Part shown: positions 12,601 to 24,574 of the stretch, in pieces | How positions within the stretch are numbered: position 1 is the first letter of the stretch | Layout: each line of letters opens with the position of its first letter | Assembly (NCBI GenBank): GCA_002269645.1 | Contig: NIVC01002026.1 | Coordinates: 1-64,000, forward strand | Source of the DNA: Macrostomum lignano | Lineage: Eukaryota | DNA: 64,000 bases | Reading direction: 5' to 3' | Program-made: the position numbers and the translations under genes | Notes under the pieces: model-generated | The model's database searches: none | Told to the model about the DNA's origin: nothing | Seen by the model: the letters and a program-made list of their open reading frames with translations, nothing else

Positions 12601-14811
12601 TCATTGCAGCAGATTGCGTTGCTTGCCTGCAGCATCAGACGTTCTTTTTTGATCAGCGACTGTCTGCAGCAGAAACTTCGTCAGTTCCTGATAGCCCCCT
12701 CTAGCAGCAGCTTCCGCTGCCTCTATGCAACAACGGGTTCTCTTTTCTTGGTCAGAAACTGACTGAACCAGAAACTTCACAACTTCTAGCCTTCCAGATC
12801 TTGCAAAAAAGCTGGCCGCCTTCATGCAGCACTGATCTCGGTTTGTTTGATCAGCGACTGACTGCACCAGAAACTTCATCACTTCTAACTGACCATAAAT
12901 TGCGGCAGGCTCCACGGCTTCCATGCAGCAGTGATCTCTTTTTTCTTGGTCAGAAACTGTCGGCACCAGAAACTTCAAAGCTTCTAATTGACCATAAATT
13001 GTGGCAGGTTCCACAGCTTTCATGCAGCACTGATCGCTTTTTTCTTGGTCAGCGACTGTCGGCACCAGAAATTTCAGCACTTCTAACTGACCATAAATTG
13101 CGGCAGGTTCCACAGCTTTCATGCAGCAGTGATCTCTCTTTGCTTCGTCAGCAACTGACAGCACCAGAAACTTCACCACATCTAAATGACCATAAATTGC
13201 AGCAGGCTCCACCGCCTCCATGCAGCACTGATCTCTGTTTGTTTGGTCAGCAACTGTCTGCACCAGAAACTTCACCACATCTAAATGACCCTGTTCTGAA
13301 GCCCATTTTGCTGCCTCCATCAAGTACTGATCTCTGTTTGTTTGGTCAGTAACTGTCTGCACTAGAAACCTCACCACTTCTAAGTCACCATGAATTGCAG
13401 CAGGCTTCACGGTCACCATGCAGCACTGATCTCTGCTTGTTTGGTCAGCGACTGTCTGCACCAGAAAGTTGATCAATTCTAACGGACATTTTTTGGCAGC
13501 TTGTTTTGCTGCCTCTATGCAGCACTGATCTCTGTTTGTTTGGTCAGCGATTGTCTGCACCAGAAATTTCAGCACGTCCCACTGACCATTGGCTGCAGCA
13601 GATGTGGCTGCCTTCACACAGCACAGATCTCTCTTCGCTTCGTCAGCAACTGACGGCACCAGCAACTTCACCACATCTAAATGACCATAAATTGCAGCAG
13701 GCTCCACGGCCTCCATGCAGCACTGATCTCTGTTTGCTTGGTCAGCAACTGTCTGCACCAGAAACTTCACCACAACTAAATGACCCTGTTGTGAAGCACA
13801 TTTCGCTGTTTCCATGCAGCATTGATCTCTGTTTGTTTGACCATCGGTTGCCTGCACCAGAAACTTCAGCACTTCTAAGTGACCATCTTTTGAAGCACAC
13901 TTTGCTGCTTCCATGCAGCACTGATCTTTCAAAATTTGGTCAGAGACGGTCTGGACCAGTAACTTTGTCATTTCTAACTGACCCTTTGCTGCAGCAGATT
14001 CCGCTTCCGTCATACAGAACTGATCCCTCAAACTTTGATCAACGACCGTTTGCACCAGAAACTTCACAACTTCTAACTGACCTTCTGCTAGAGATTTTGC
14101 TGCTTTGATGCAGCACTGATCTCTCTTTGCTTCGTCAGCGACTGTCTGCACGAGAAACTTCAGCACTTCCCACTGACCATTGGCTGCAGCAGAAGTCGCT
14201 GCCTGCACGCAGCACCGGTCCCTCAGGGTTGAATCAGAAACTGTCTGCACCAGAAACTTCACTACTTTCCACTGACCGTTTCTTTCAGCAGAGCTCGCTG
14301 CCTCTATGCAGCAATAATCTTTTACACTTTGGTCAGCCACTGTCTGCACCAGAAACTGCACCACTTCTAACTGACCAGAACTTGCTGCCGGTTTGGATGC
14401 GTCTATGCAACACTGATATCTGCTTCTTTGGTCAGCCACTGTCTGCACCAGAAACTTCACCACTTCTAACTGACCAGAACTTGCTGCCGGTTTCGATGCG
14501 TCTATGCAACACTGATATTGTTTTCTTTGGTCAGCCACTCTCTGCACCAGATACGTGACTACTTCCCACTCACTCTTCCTTGCAGCATGTTCCACCGCCT
14601 CCACGCAGCAGCGATCCTTTACACTTTGGTCAGCAATCCTCTGCACCAGAAACTTCACCACTTCCCACTGACCACGCTGGGCAGCCAGGCGCGAATTTTG
14701 TATGCAAAATCGAGCTTTTCTTCTTTCCCCTAGTTGAAGCCAGAGACGAGCTCTCAAAGCTATGATGTTTACACTGGTGACGGCTCCATGTCGGCTGAAG
14801 CTCTGACCCAT
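12601..14811 (-). CDS. Atypical ankyrin-like repeat protein (21 x 33 aa), 736 aa
   Basis: Single long ORF with repeat consensus xxAAxxGHLEVVKFLVQTVADQxxRDQCCMEAx. The AAxxGHLEVVKFLV half is canonical ankyrin. N-terminus MGQSFS. Confidence 0.85.
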   Translation of the reverse strand: MGQSFSRHGAVTSVNIIALRARLWLQLGERRKARFCIQNSRLAAQRGQWEVVKFLVQRIADQSVKDRCCVEAVEHAARKSEWEVVTYLVQRVADQRKQYQCCIDASKPAASSGQLEVVKFLVQTVADQRSRYQCCIDASKPAASSGQLEVVQFLVQTVADQSVKDYCCIEAASSAERNGQWKVVKFLVQTVSDSTLRDRCCVQAATSAAANGQWEVLKFLVQTVADEAKRDQCCIKAAKSLAEGQLEVVKFLVQTVVDQSLRDQFCMTEAESAAAKGQLEMTKLLVQTVSDQILKDQCCMEAAKCASKDGHLEVLKFLVQATDGQTNRDQCCMETAKCASQQGHLVVVKFLVQTVADQANRDQCCMEAVEPAAIYGHLDVVKLLVPSVADEAKRDLCCVKAATSAAANGQWDVLKFLVQTIADQTNRDQCCIEAAKQAAKKCPLELINFLVQTVADQTSRDQCCMVTVKPAAIHGDLEVVRFLVQTVTDQTNRDQYLMEAAKWASEQGHLDVVKFLVQTVADQTNRDQCCMEAVEPAAIYGHLDVVKFLVLSVADEAKRDHCCMKAVEPAAIYGQLEVLKFLVPTVADQEKSDQCCMKAVEPATIYGQLEALKFLVPTVSDQEKRDHCCMEAVEPAAIYGQLEVMKFLVQSVADQTNRDQCCMKAASFFARSGRLEVVKFLVQSVSDQEKRTRCCIEAAEAAARGGYQELTKFLLQTVADQKRTSDAAGKQRNLLQ

Positions 14812-15061
14812 TGTGCCTGCGCGAGAAGAAATCTTTAATTAATTTTTGTTAAAAGGCATGCTTAAATTGCAGTATGTATTTGTTATAGTCACTATTTTCG
14901 TCGTTTTATTAAATAAGAAAATTTAGAAGCAGTAAAGATTTTGGAGAATGGTCACAGATCTCCCATCATCCTGATGATTAATTTAATTCGAAAGCAGAAA
15001 CCGCGAAATATGGTGCAGGATACGTAATTATGGAAGCTTTAGAAGGAAGGAGGAATGAATT

Positions 15062-15220
15062 TAGGGATAAAGAAGGAGGTAAGGATTCAGGGATAAGGAA
15101 GGAGGGAAGGATTCACGGATAAGGAAGGAGGGAAGGATTCAGGGATAAGGAAGGAGGGAAGGATTCAGGGATAAGGTAGGAGGAAAGAAGGATTCAGGGA
15201 TAAGGAAGGAGGGATGAAGG
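15062..15220. repeat. 26-bp purine-rich tandem repeat (GGGATAAGGAAGGAGGGAAGGATTCA), about 6 copies
   Basis: Seen directly. Confidence 0.85.
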
Positions 15221-15694
15221 AATAAAATTAAGGCCCAAACGGACGAGGAAGGCAGCCATGGAACCACAGGCACTGCTCAGATTATTTCCAGTTTTTAAAT
15301 CAGTTCACATAGCACTAGCTATAAGCATAATTGTAACCTGCAAAAGGTGTTTAGCTGCTCTTACCTGTATATACTCTGTCTGTCGTCACATACGAGCGTA
15401 GAGGCAGACGATTCTTAGATTCGTTGAGGCCAAGTGTTAAGGAAATTTAGCGCCCAGTTTTTTTTGTAGCTTCTGGCAGTGACCGACCAACCCTATTTTA
15501 GAAACTGAAACTTCTCTCCGAAGTACAGTGAGGCAGCTGTGAGACTGCCAACCTCATCAACCCTCCCTACGCACCGCATAATGGAGCGAAAACGCGGGGC
15601 TGCTGCGGCTGCATCAGCCACCCCTTCTCAAGTTCTATTTGAGAACTGAGCTCATTTATTGTACGACAGCGAAGTGCTGCACATTTGTGAATGC

Positions 15695-15704
<10 letters not shown>

Positions 15705-15745
<41 letters not shown>

Positions 15746-15795
15746 CAGGTAGTTATTTAGTTAGTTAGTTAGTTCGTTAGTTAGTTAGTTAGTCA
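15705..15795. repeat. (TTAG)n microsatellite
   Basis: Seen directly. Confidence 0.95.
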
Positions 15796-16124
15796 GTCAA
15801 ATTAGGCTCAATCAGTAGACTTCATTTTCTTTAACTGTACAGTAGTATCCACTCTGAGTACAGCCTCAGTGTACGCTAGAGCAGCCTCCGTTCATTTTAT
15901 AGCCTAGACCGGTAGGTGCACACTGTGAAGGAGAAGAGGTGAGCGCGGGTCGCTCAGCTCCTTTGTGACCCATCGCGCTCACAAAGAAACCATAGCTGCG
16001 CACGTGCGTACATCTGCTGGCATGAGTTTCATTGTGGAAGACTTCTGCTCACGATGCATTGCTATGCTCAGATAGGTAAAAGCAGTTAGCTCTCTTGACT
16101 GGATGACAGGATTCTAAAATCAAA

Positions 16125-19100
16125 ATGTCGCAGACTTTACCACCTGATGTGATGCCGCAGGACCTGCCGCCACACCTGCTGATGCCACACCTGCATATGC
16201 CGCATCAGCAGCTGCACAATCAATTTGTCAGGCCAGCCACGGATGAAGATCTTATCGATATGGTAAAACGTGAGTCATTTATTTAGACTGATCGTGGTTT
16301 TTCCGAAAAATTGGAATGCTAATAATAAAATTACTAATATTAATAATAACCGTTTACAGCAAGCTCCAAATTTTCTATAATTGCTTTAAACTGCGTTTAT
16401 CCAGAGCGACTTACAAGCTGTCAGCTTTGCAAAAATTGACTTTCACTCTGACAAAAAATCTGATTTCTTCTAAGCAAAGAATCGCCCCAACCATAGAATC
16501 GCCACAACCATAGAATCGCCCCAACCATAGAATCGCCCCAATCATAGAATCGCCCCAACCATAGAATCGCCCCAATCATAGAATCGCCCCAACCATAGAA
16601 TCGCCCCAACCATAGAATCGCCCCAATCATAGAATCGCCCCAACCATAGAATCGCCCCAACCATAGAATCGCCCCAATCATAGAATCGCCCCAACCATAG
16701 AATCGCCCCAACCATAGAATCGCCCCAACCATAGAATCGCCCCAACAATAGAATCGCCCCAATCATAGAATCGCCCCAACCATAGAATCGCCCCAACCAT
16801 AGAATCGCCCCAACCATAGAATCGCCCCAATCATAGAATCGCCCCAACCATAGAATCGCCCCAATCATAGAATCGCCCCAACCATAGAATCGCCCCAACC
16901 ATAGAATCGCCCCAATCATAGAATCGCCCCAACCATAGAATCGCCCCAATCATAGAATCGCCTCAACCATAGAATCGCCCCAACCATAGAATCGCCCCAA
17001 TAATAGAATCGCCCCAACCATAGAATCGCCCAGCCATAGAATCGCCCAACCATAGAATCGCCCCAACCATAGAATCGCCCCAATCATAAAATCACCCCAA
17101 TCATAGAATCGCCCCAATCATGGAATCGCCCCAATCATAGAATAGCCACAACAATAGAATCGCCCCAACCATAGAATCGCCCCAACCATAGAATCGCCGT
17201 AATCATAGAATCGCCCTAACCATAGAATCGCTCCAACCATAGAGTCGCCCCAACCATAGAATCCCCCAACCATAGAATCGCCCCAACAATAGAATCGCCC
17301 CAACCATAGAATCGCCCCAATCATAGAATCGCCCAGCCATAGAATCGTCCAACCATAGAATCGCCCAACCATAGAATCGCCCAACCATAGAATCGCCCCA
17401 ACAATAGAATCGCCCCAACCATAGAATCGCCCTAACCATAGAATCGCCCCAACCATAGAATCGCCCCAACAATAGAATCGCCCCAACCATAGAATCGCCC
17501 CAACAATAGAATCGCCCCAACCATAGAATCGCCCCAATCATAGAATCCCCCAACCATAGAATCCCCCAACCATAGAATCGCCCAACCATAGAATCGCCCA
17601 ACCATAGAATCGCCCCAACAATAGAATCGCCCCAACCATAGAATCGCCCCAAACATAGAATCGCCGTAATCATAGAATCGCCCCAACCATAAAATCGCCC
17701 CAACCATAGAATCGCCCAAACCGCCACCAGAAACCTCTGCTCCCATCTGCTTGCAGGGCAGTGGATCTCTCACCTGTCGATCTTGAACTACTTTCGGGTC
17801 GACGCTTTTCCACGCCGGCCCTTCACCCGTGACTGGATCAGCGCCTCATCCAGGTCAAAGTACTACGAGTCCTTTCTGAGCACCTGTGTGTTCATCCTCG
17901 CCATCCTGCTGATTCGCTGCGTTGAATATCTGCTACTGGCCAGAGCCAAGCTGAGGCTGCGCAATGGGTCATTATTTGTGCCGTTGATGTTTGGGTTTGC
18001 AATACGTCAACTACAAAATCGCCGTAACTTCGGGAATCGCAACCAACCATAAATTTTTCCCACCAAAGAATCGCCATAGCCATAGAATCGCCCCAACCAT
18101 AGAATCGCCCCAACCATAGAATCGCCCCAACCATAGAATCGCCCCAACCATAGAATCGCCCCAACCATAGAATCGCCCCAACCATAGAATCGCCCCAACC
18201 ATAGAATCGCCCCAACCATAGAATCGCCCAGCCATAGAATCGCCTCAACCATAGAATCGCCCCAACCATAGAATCGCCCCAATCATAAAATCACCCCAAT
18301 CATAGAATCGCCCCAATCATGGAATCGCCCCAACCATAGAATCGCCCCAACCATAGAATCGCCCCAACCATAGAATCGCCCCAACCATAGAATCGCCCAG
18401 CCATAGAATCGCCTCAACCATAGAATCGCCCCAACCATAGAATCGCCCCAATCATAAAATCACCCCAATCATAGAATCGCCCCAATCATGGAATCGCCCC
18501 AACCATAGAATCGCCCCTACCATAGAATCGCCCCAACCATAGAATCGCCCCGATCATAGAATCGCCTCAACCATAGAATCGCCCCAACCATAGAATCGCC
18601 CCAACCACAGAATCGCCCCAACTTTAGAATTACCCCAAACACAGAATCGGGGGACAACCAAGCACAATAACCCACCACAACCCGAGAACCAACTAAGCAA
18701 ACCATTTGCTGAAATTCCAGCCCAGCATCCTGGCTTCAATTCTGCATTTTGACAATCCCATTCGTGATCTGCGTGACCGACTTCCCAATTGAGCGCTACG
18801 CCATTTTCTCCCTGGCCTTCAATGCCGTCTGCGTGGTGACCTACCTCGGCTGCCTGCTGCACAAGAGCCTGTCTCAGGGGTCTGCCGCCTCATCAACTCT
18901 GCCCATCACTGCTCATGCCATAGCTGACAATGGAGCGAAGAAGCTATCCAGACCTCCGTACAATGACTTGCTGGCGATCTACCGATCCATAGTGTACATC
19001 AGCACGACTGTGTGCATCTTCGCTAGGGACCAGCCCTGCTGGAATAACGATTTCAGCAAGACGCTCAATTTCGGCACAGGGCTGATGGACGTGGGCATCG

Positions 19101-20650
19101 GCTGTTTTGTGATCTGCATCGGGTCGCTTGGGCCGACCGCTAATCAGGCGATCGATAGGGTGGATAAGTGAGCCTGTCAATCTCATAAAATATCACGCTT
19201 TTGATTCAATAGTCAGGCTGTAAAACCGGAATCATCTCACCTCATAGAGTCACACTTGAAGTAGAATACCACGCCTTTTCCTAATAATTTTACCCAGATA
19301 ATCTTATTGCTAGATAATCCACCGATCCTCAGAATCACACCTCAGAGAGAATCACACCTCAGAGAGAATCACACATCAGAGAGAATCACACCACAGAGAG
19401 AATCACACCTCAGAGAGAATCACACCTCAGAGAGAATCACACCTCAGAGAGAATCACACCTCAGAGAGAATCACACCTCAGAGAGAATCACACCTCAGAG
19501 AGAATCACACATCAGAGAGAATCACACCACAGAGAGAATCACACCAACAGAGAGAATCACACCTCAGAGAGAATCACACCTCAGAGAGAATCACACCTCA
19601 GAGAGAATCACACCTCAGAGAGAATCACATCTCAGAGAGAATCACACCTCAGAGAGAATCACACCTCACAGAGAATCACACCTCACAGAGAATCACACCT
19701 CAGAGAGAATCACACCTCAGAGAGAATCACACCTCAGAGAGAATCACACCTCAGAGAGAATCACACCTCAGAGAGAATCACACCTCAGAGAGAATCACAC
19801 AACAGAGAGAATCACACCCGAGAGAATCACACACGAGAGAATCACACTGGAGATTCACATGCAAAACAATTGTTCAAGTACCGAATCAGCACTGCCAAAT
19901 ATTGCAGAGCGCTGGCTCTCCGCAAAGCTGCTCTGCAGTCGATCATTCTGACAGTCTGCGGTCTCATAAAGACGCTCTTAGTTGTTCTGAGCATACGCAT
20001 CTACAGTATCGAATATGACGAGTCCTGGACAGAGTACGGCGTGCACTGGAATGCGTACTACTCCTTGGCGGTGGCCCGGGGCCTCGGCGCCACCCTGGAG
20101 CTGCTGGTCCTGCCGCGGTCGCTGCCACCGCTGGCTGCGGCGCTGGCATCGGCAGCAGCTCACGAGCTTCTACTGGCAGGCGGCCTCGCTGAGCTGGTGC
20201 TGGCGCCGGGCCAGCCGCAGTCCCACAACCGGTCCAATCTAATTGGCCAGAACCGGGAGGGCCTGGCCTCGATTCCCGGCCTGGTCACTTTGTACTTTTG
20301 CGGTCTTCAGTTAGGCAGGTGGATGAAGCCGACCGAGTCGGGCTCCAAGTTTGCCGTGCCGGCGCGGCTGCTGGCGCTGATGGTCGCCGCGGCTGCCGTG
20401 CGGCCGCTGACGATGGCCAGCGACGGTTTCTGGCTGCTGCCGGAGTCCCGGCGGCTGATGAACCCCGCCTACTGCGGCTGGCTGCTGGCCTTCTCCTGCT
20501 TCAACCTGGGCGGCGTCTGGCTCGTGCTGGAGGCTGCCGACAAGCTGCGCGTTATGGCCGAGCCCCGAGACAGCTGCAGCAGCACTGCGGGAGCTGCGGA
20601 GACGCGGCGGACACCAATTCACCTGCAGGAGGTGGGAATGCATCACTGCC

Positions 20651-20743
<93 letters not shown>

Positions 20744-20746
20744 TAG

Positions 20747-20781
<35 letters not shown>

Positions 20782-21055
20782 ATTTTTTAAATTAAAAAAA
20801 TTAAATTTCCACAATCTTACCCAGGTGGACTCAACAGGCCTGCTCTACTTCCTGATCTCCAACCTGCTCACCGGCCTGCTCAATCTGGTTCTCAGCCGTC
20901 TGTTCCCCAACCGAGAATCGCTTGACGGAAGCCCCTGTTCCCTGATCATCCTGGCCTACTCAGCCGCCGCCTTCTCCTGCAGTCGCTTGGCCAGTCGCTG
21001 GTTCAGCTTTCGCGATCTGCAGACCGCCTTGATGCAGCGGCTCAAAAAAGCTTGA
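16125..21055 (+). CDS. PIGW: GPI inositol acyltransferase PIG-W/GWT1, 585 aa, 5 exons
   Basis: Exons 16125-16269, 17757-17967, 18721-19167, 19908-20631 and 20825-21055 sum to 1758 nt in frame. Motifs: KTxxFGTGLMDVGIG, TEYGVHWN, NREG, SRRLMNPAY, YFLISNLLTGLLNL. The exon 2 donor (GTCATT) is weak, so that boundary is less certain. Confidence 0.9.
16488..17720. repeat. 17-bp tandem repeat (CATAGAATCGCCCCAAC), PIGW intron 1
   Basis: Seen directly. Confidence 0.97.
18040..18625. repeat. Same 17-bp tandem repeat, PIGW intron 2
   Basis: Seen directly; same orientation as 16488-17720. Confidence 0.97.
19330..19850. repeat. 17-bp tandem repeat (AGAGAGAATCACACCTC), PIGW intron 3
   Basis: Seen directly. 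Confidence 0.97.
20648..20780. repeat. (TGTC)n microsatellite, PIGW intron 4
   Basis: Seen directly. Confidence 0.95.
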
Positions 21056-22609
21056 ATAAAAACAGCTTGTGCTGGCAAAAGAAACAACTAGAAGAGAATT
21101 CTACATTTATTTGAGTCGCACCTACCCTTGCCAGCTAAATTAGTACGCTCCCAGTGGAAAATGTTTTTTGGGCGACTGCAGGCGACGGTTGCCCGGAGTT
21201 GCCCCGCATCGGAAAATTTGATTTTTTTTTGCTGTGGAAACGTCCGATTCTTCTTTTGATAGTAAAGAGAAAGTATAACTCTTATATGTCGTGCATTGAT
21301 GACATCCGTCTGCCTTTTTTTAACTGGCCGTTTGCAATCAGCTTCAAGTTCGCCCAAAGGACTTCAGGCGACGGTATTTTTATCTCATCATATGTTGCCT
21401 ACTTCACCCCTAGAACAAGTACTAAAGACTGTTTAATTTTGCATCCGGATATCTGTGATAAGACTTTGAAAGTGATTGTACTTTAGATAGCTTAGTTTAT
21501 AGGTCTTTCTGCTATATAACAATTAACTTAATTAGATTCGTGTATCAGCGTGTTCCATTGCACTACTTAATTTTATATGCTGCAGTAGCAAGCTAAGAAT
21601 TTTTTCTTTCGCTTTCGCCTGGTCAGCGCCAATTTGCACGCCAAGCTCCAAGCAAGTGTTGGCCTGTTTGACGGAAAAGCATGCGGACCTAAACCTGCCA
21701 CACGTGCGACACTGCCTGAGAAAGGGCATTTTTTATCACAGTAACGGCCCAGAGAACAATAGCTTGAGGGATTTTCGCTTCACAATGAGTTTTGGCAGTT
21801 TTGGCCTTTTTTCGAAAACCGAAGGCGTCCCTAGCTTCATGGAGTTGATCCACCTGACCAAGAACCTGAACTCCACCAATGAGGATTTCAAAAGGCCAAC
21901 CGGCGACAGTTTAAGGAGACGCTGAAACTGTACTGCAAGTCGTGCATTGAAGTCGTTCTCGGCATAGTAAAGAAGGAGCCTGGATTTTCATACAGCGTAT
22001 TCGATTTTTTGCTGGCTTAACGATTCTGCAGCCTGTTTTTAGTGCTACCAACAGTGACAGCTTTCTTAAGATATCTTCAGATTTCAAACTAAGCAGCCAG
22101 ACAAAAGCCTTTTGCGTCACATTTGCCGAGACCGTGTACGAAACGTCGTGTTACTACGCCGCTCTTGGTAGATTAACACAGAACGTTAAAAACAGTGTCC
22201 AAAACGCAAAAGTTAACGTGAATTCGTCGTTGCCAAATAATAGCCTGTTCTTGATTCGGTTCGCCGAGAAACAGTGGGGCGCTGATTTTCTCGTCGTAAT
22301 GCGGAATGGTAAAAATGTGCTGCTTCTCTTCATAGAAAGTAAGTTTTAAGGTTAGGAAAATCTTCATACTTTTTGCATTTTCTGATTTTCGAATATAAAA
22401 TTACCCAATAATAAGGTATTTGAAATAACCTGTAGATTAAAAATCCAGGCGACCCTTCGGTTTCCTGCTTTGAATATTATTTTAACATGACATTATATTA
22501 TAAATCGAGATTGAATAGCGCAACAAAGCATAAAAAAAAATGAAAAAATACAGTACAGTACATAGTGGCTAATCAAAATCACTTCAGGCTCAGGTTCATT
22601 TGCTCCATT

Positions 22610-23690
22610 CATAGTCGGGTTCATTCACCTAGGATCGGGATCATTCACTTAGGATCAGGTTCATTCACCTAGGATCGGGATCAACCACCTAGGATCGGGA
22701 TCAATCACCTAGGATCGGGATCAACCACCTAGGATCGGGATCAATCACCTAGGATCGGGATCAATCACCTAGGATCGGGATCAACCACCTAGGATCGGGA
22801 TCAATCACCTAGGATCGGGTTCATTCACCTAGGATCGGGATCAATCACCTAGGATCGGGATCATTCACCTAGGATCGGGATCAATCACCTAGGATCGGGA
22901 TCAACCACCTAGGATCGGGATCAATCACCTAGGATCGAGATCAACCACCTAGGATCGGGATCAATCACCTAGGATCGGGATCAACCACCTAGGATCGGGA
23001 TCAATCCCTTAGGATCGGGATCATTCACCTAGGATCGGGATCAACCACCTAGGATCGGGATCAATCACCTAGGATCGGGATCAACCACCTAGGATCGGGA
23101 TCATTCACTTAGGATCAGGTTCATTCACCTAGGATCGGGATCAACCACCTAGGATCGGGATCAATCACCTAGGATCGGGATCAACCACCTAGGATCGGGA
23201 TCAATCACCTAGGATCGGGATCAATCACCTAGGATCGGGATCAACCACCTAGGATCGGGATCAATCACCTAGGATCGGGTTCATTCACCTAGGATCGGGA
23301 TCAATCACCTAGGATCGGGATCATTCACCTAGGATCGGGATCAATCACCTAGGATCGGGATCAACCACCTAGGATCGGGATCAATCACCTAGGATCGGGA
23401 TCAACCACCTAGGATCGGGATCAATCACCTAGGATCGGGATCAACCACCTAGGATCGGGATCAATCCCTTAGGATCGGGATCATTCACCTAGGATCGGGA
23501 TCAACCACCTAGGATCGGGATCAATCACCTAGGATCGGGATCAACCACCTAGGATCGGGATCAATCACCTAGGATCGGGTTCATTCACTTAGGATCGGGA
23601 TCATTAAATCAGGATCGGGATCATTAAATCAGGATCGGGGTCATTAAATCAGGATCGGTATCATTAAATCAGGATCGGGATCATTCACTT
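22610..23690. repeat. 20-bp tandem repeat (AGGATCGGGATCAATCACCT), about 53 copies
   Basis: Seen directly; unit junctions form CCTAGG. Confidence 0.97.
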
Positions 23691-24050
23691 CAGAATCAGA
23701 ACGAACATTTTAGAATTGCCATTCAAACTCTTTATAGTATAAGATCACGTTAATATAATATCAGCAGGAAACCAAATGATCGCCAAAATCCATACCTAGA
23801 ATGGAGCGTACATATAAGAAATTCAACATCCCCTCTAATTCCCGACACACGCAGCCAAGTACCGCGCCAAGGAGGACTCGAAACTGCAAGACACAGGAGT
23901 TGGACAGAAGTCTGGTGCTCTCCAAGAGTCGTGCGGGAAGCTGATTGAGCAGGAGTCTACTAGCGCCAGCCCGTCGAATACGGCCCGAGACTTAGAAGCG
24001 AAAAACATTGACTACGCGATGGAATTCAACGTATCTCACAGAGGCTTTCC

Positions 24051-24266
24051 TTGGTTCTTCCTTGCGCCAGAAGATCTGCGTTGCGAGTATATTCGCAAGT
24101 GCCTCGCCTCGAAGGACAAGCATTGTATGATATGGCATCCAGACATCCAGACACCGAGCCCCCAGACAACATGCAGCCTCAAGTTGAAAACCCATTCTGG
24201 AACCGAGCACGTGCCACGCAGCCAATCGACCTGGAGAGAGAGCTGCGGAATGCAAGGCTGCGGCTG

Positions 24267-24297
<31 letters not shown>

Positions 24298-24407
24298 GGC
24301 TGCGGCTGCAACAACTCGAGGCAGAAATTGCGTCTCTGCGGGCCGCGAGGGGTGCAGCTGCAGCAAGCGCCTCCGAGGGCAGTGACGAGGAGCTGCCGAC
24401 CCACTAA
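24051..24407 (+). other. Unassigned poly-Q coiled-coil ORF (possible exon or TE ORF remnant)
   Basis: GC-rich frame ..LERELRNARLRLKQQQQ..LEAEIASLR; no family motif and no clear start. Confidence 0.25.
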
Positions 24408-24574
24408 GAAGTCGCGGCCTAATTAGCTGCACATGCACGCCAGGCGGGTTACGGTCAAGCTCCGCGTTGAACTGGTTTATTGTCTGATACTCTTGGGTTT
24501 CTTGGTCAGACTCTTGGGTTTTTGAGAGGTTTCTTAAATCGAAATTAGCAGACTTAGTAGTAAAATTACTCAGT

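Noticed and set aside
21656-21925. Short ORF downstream of PIGW
   Set aside because: No motif and no convincing splice partners.
22610-23690. CRISPR-like regular array with a palindromic CCTAGG
   Set aside because: Head-to-tail units with no unique spacers, no cas genes, and a eukaryotic context.
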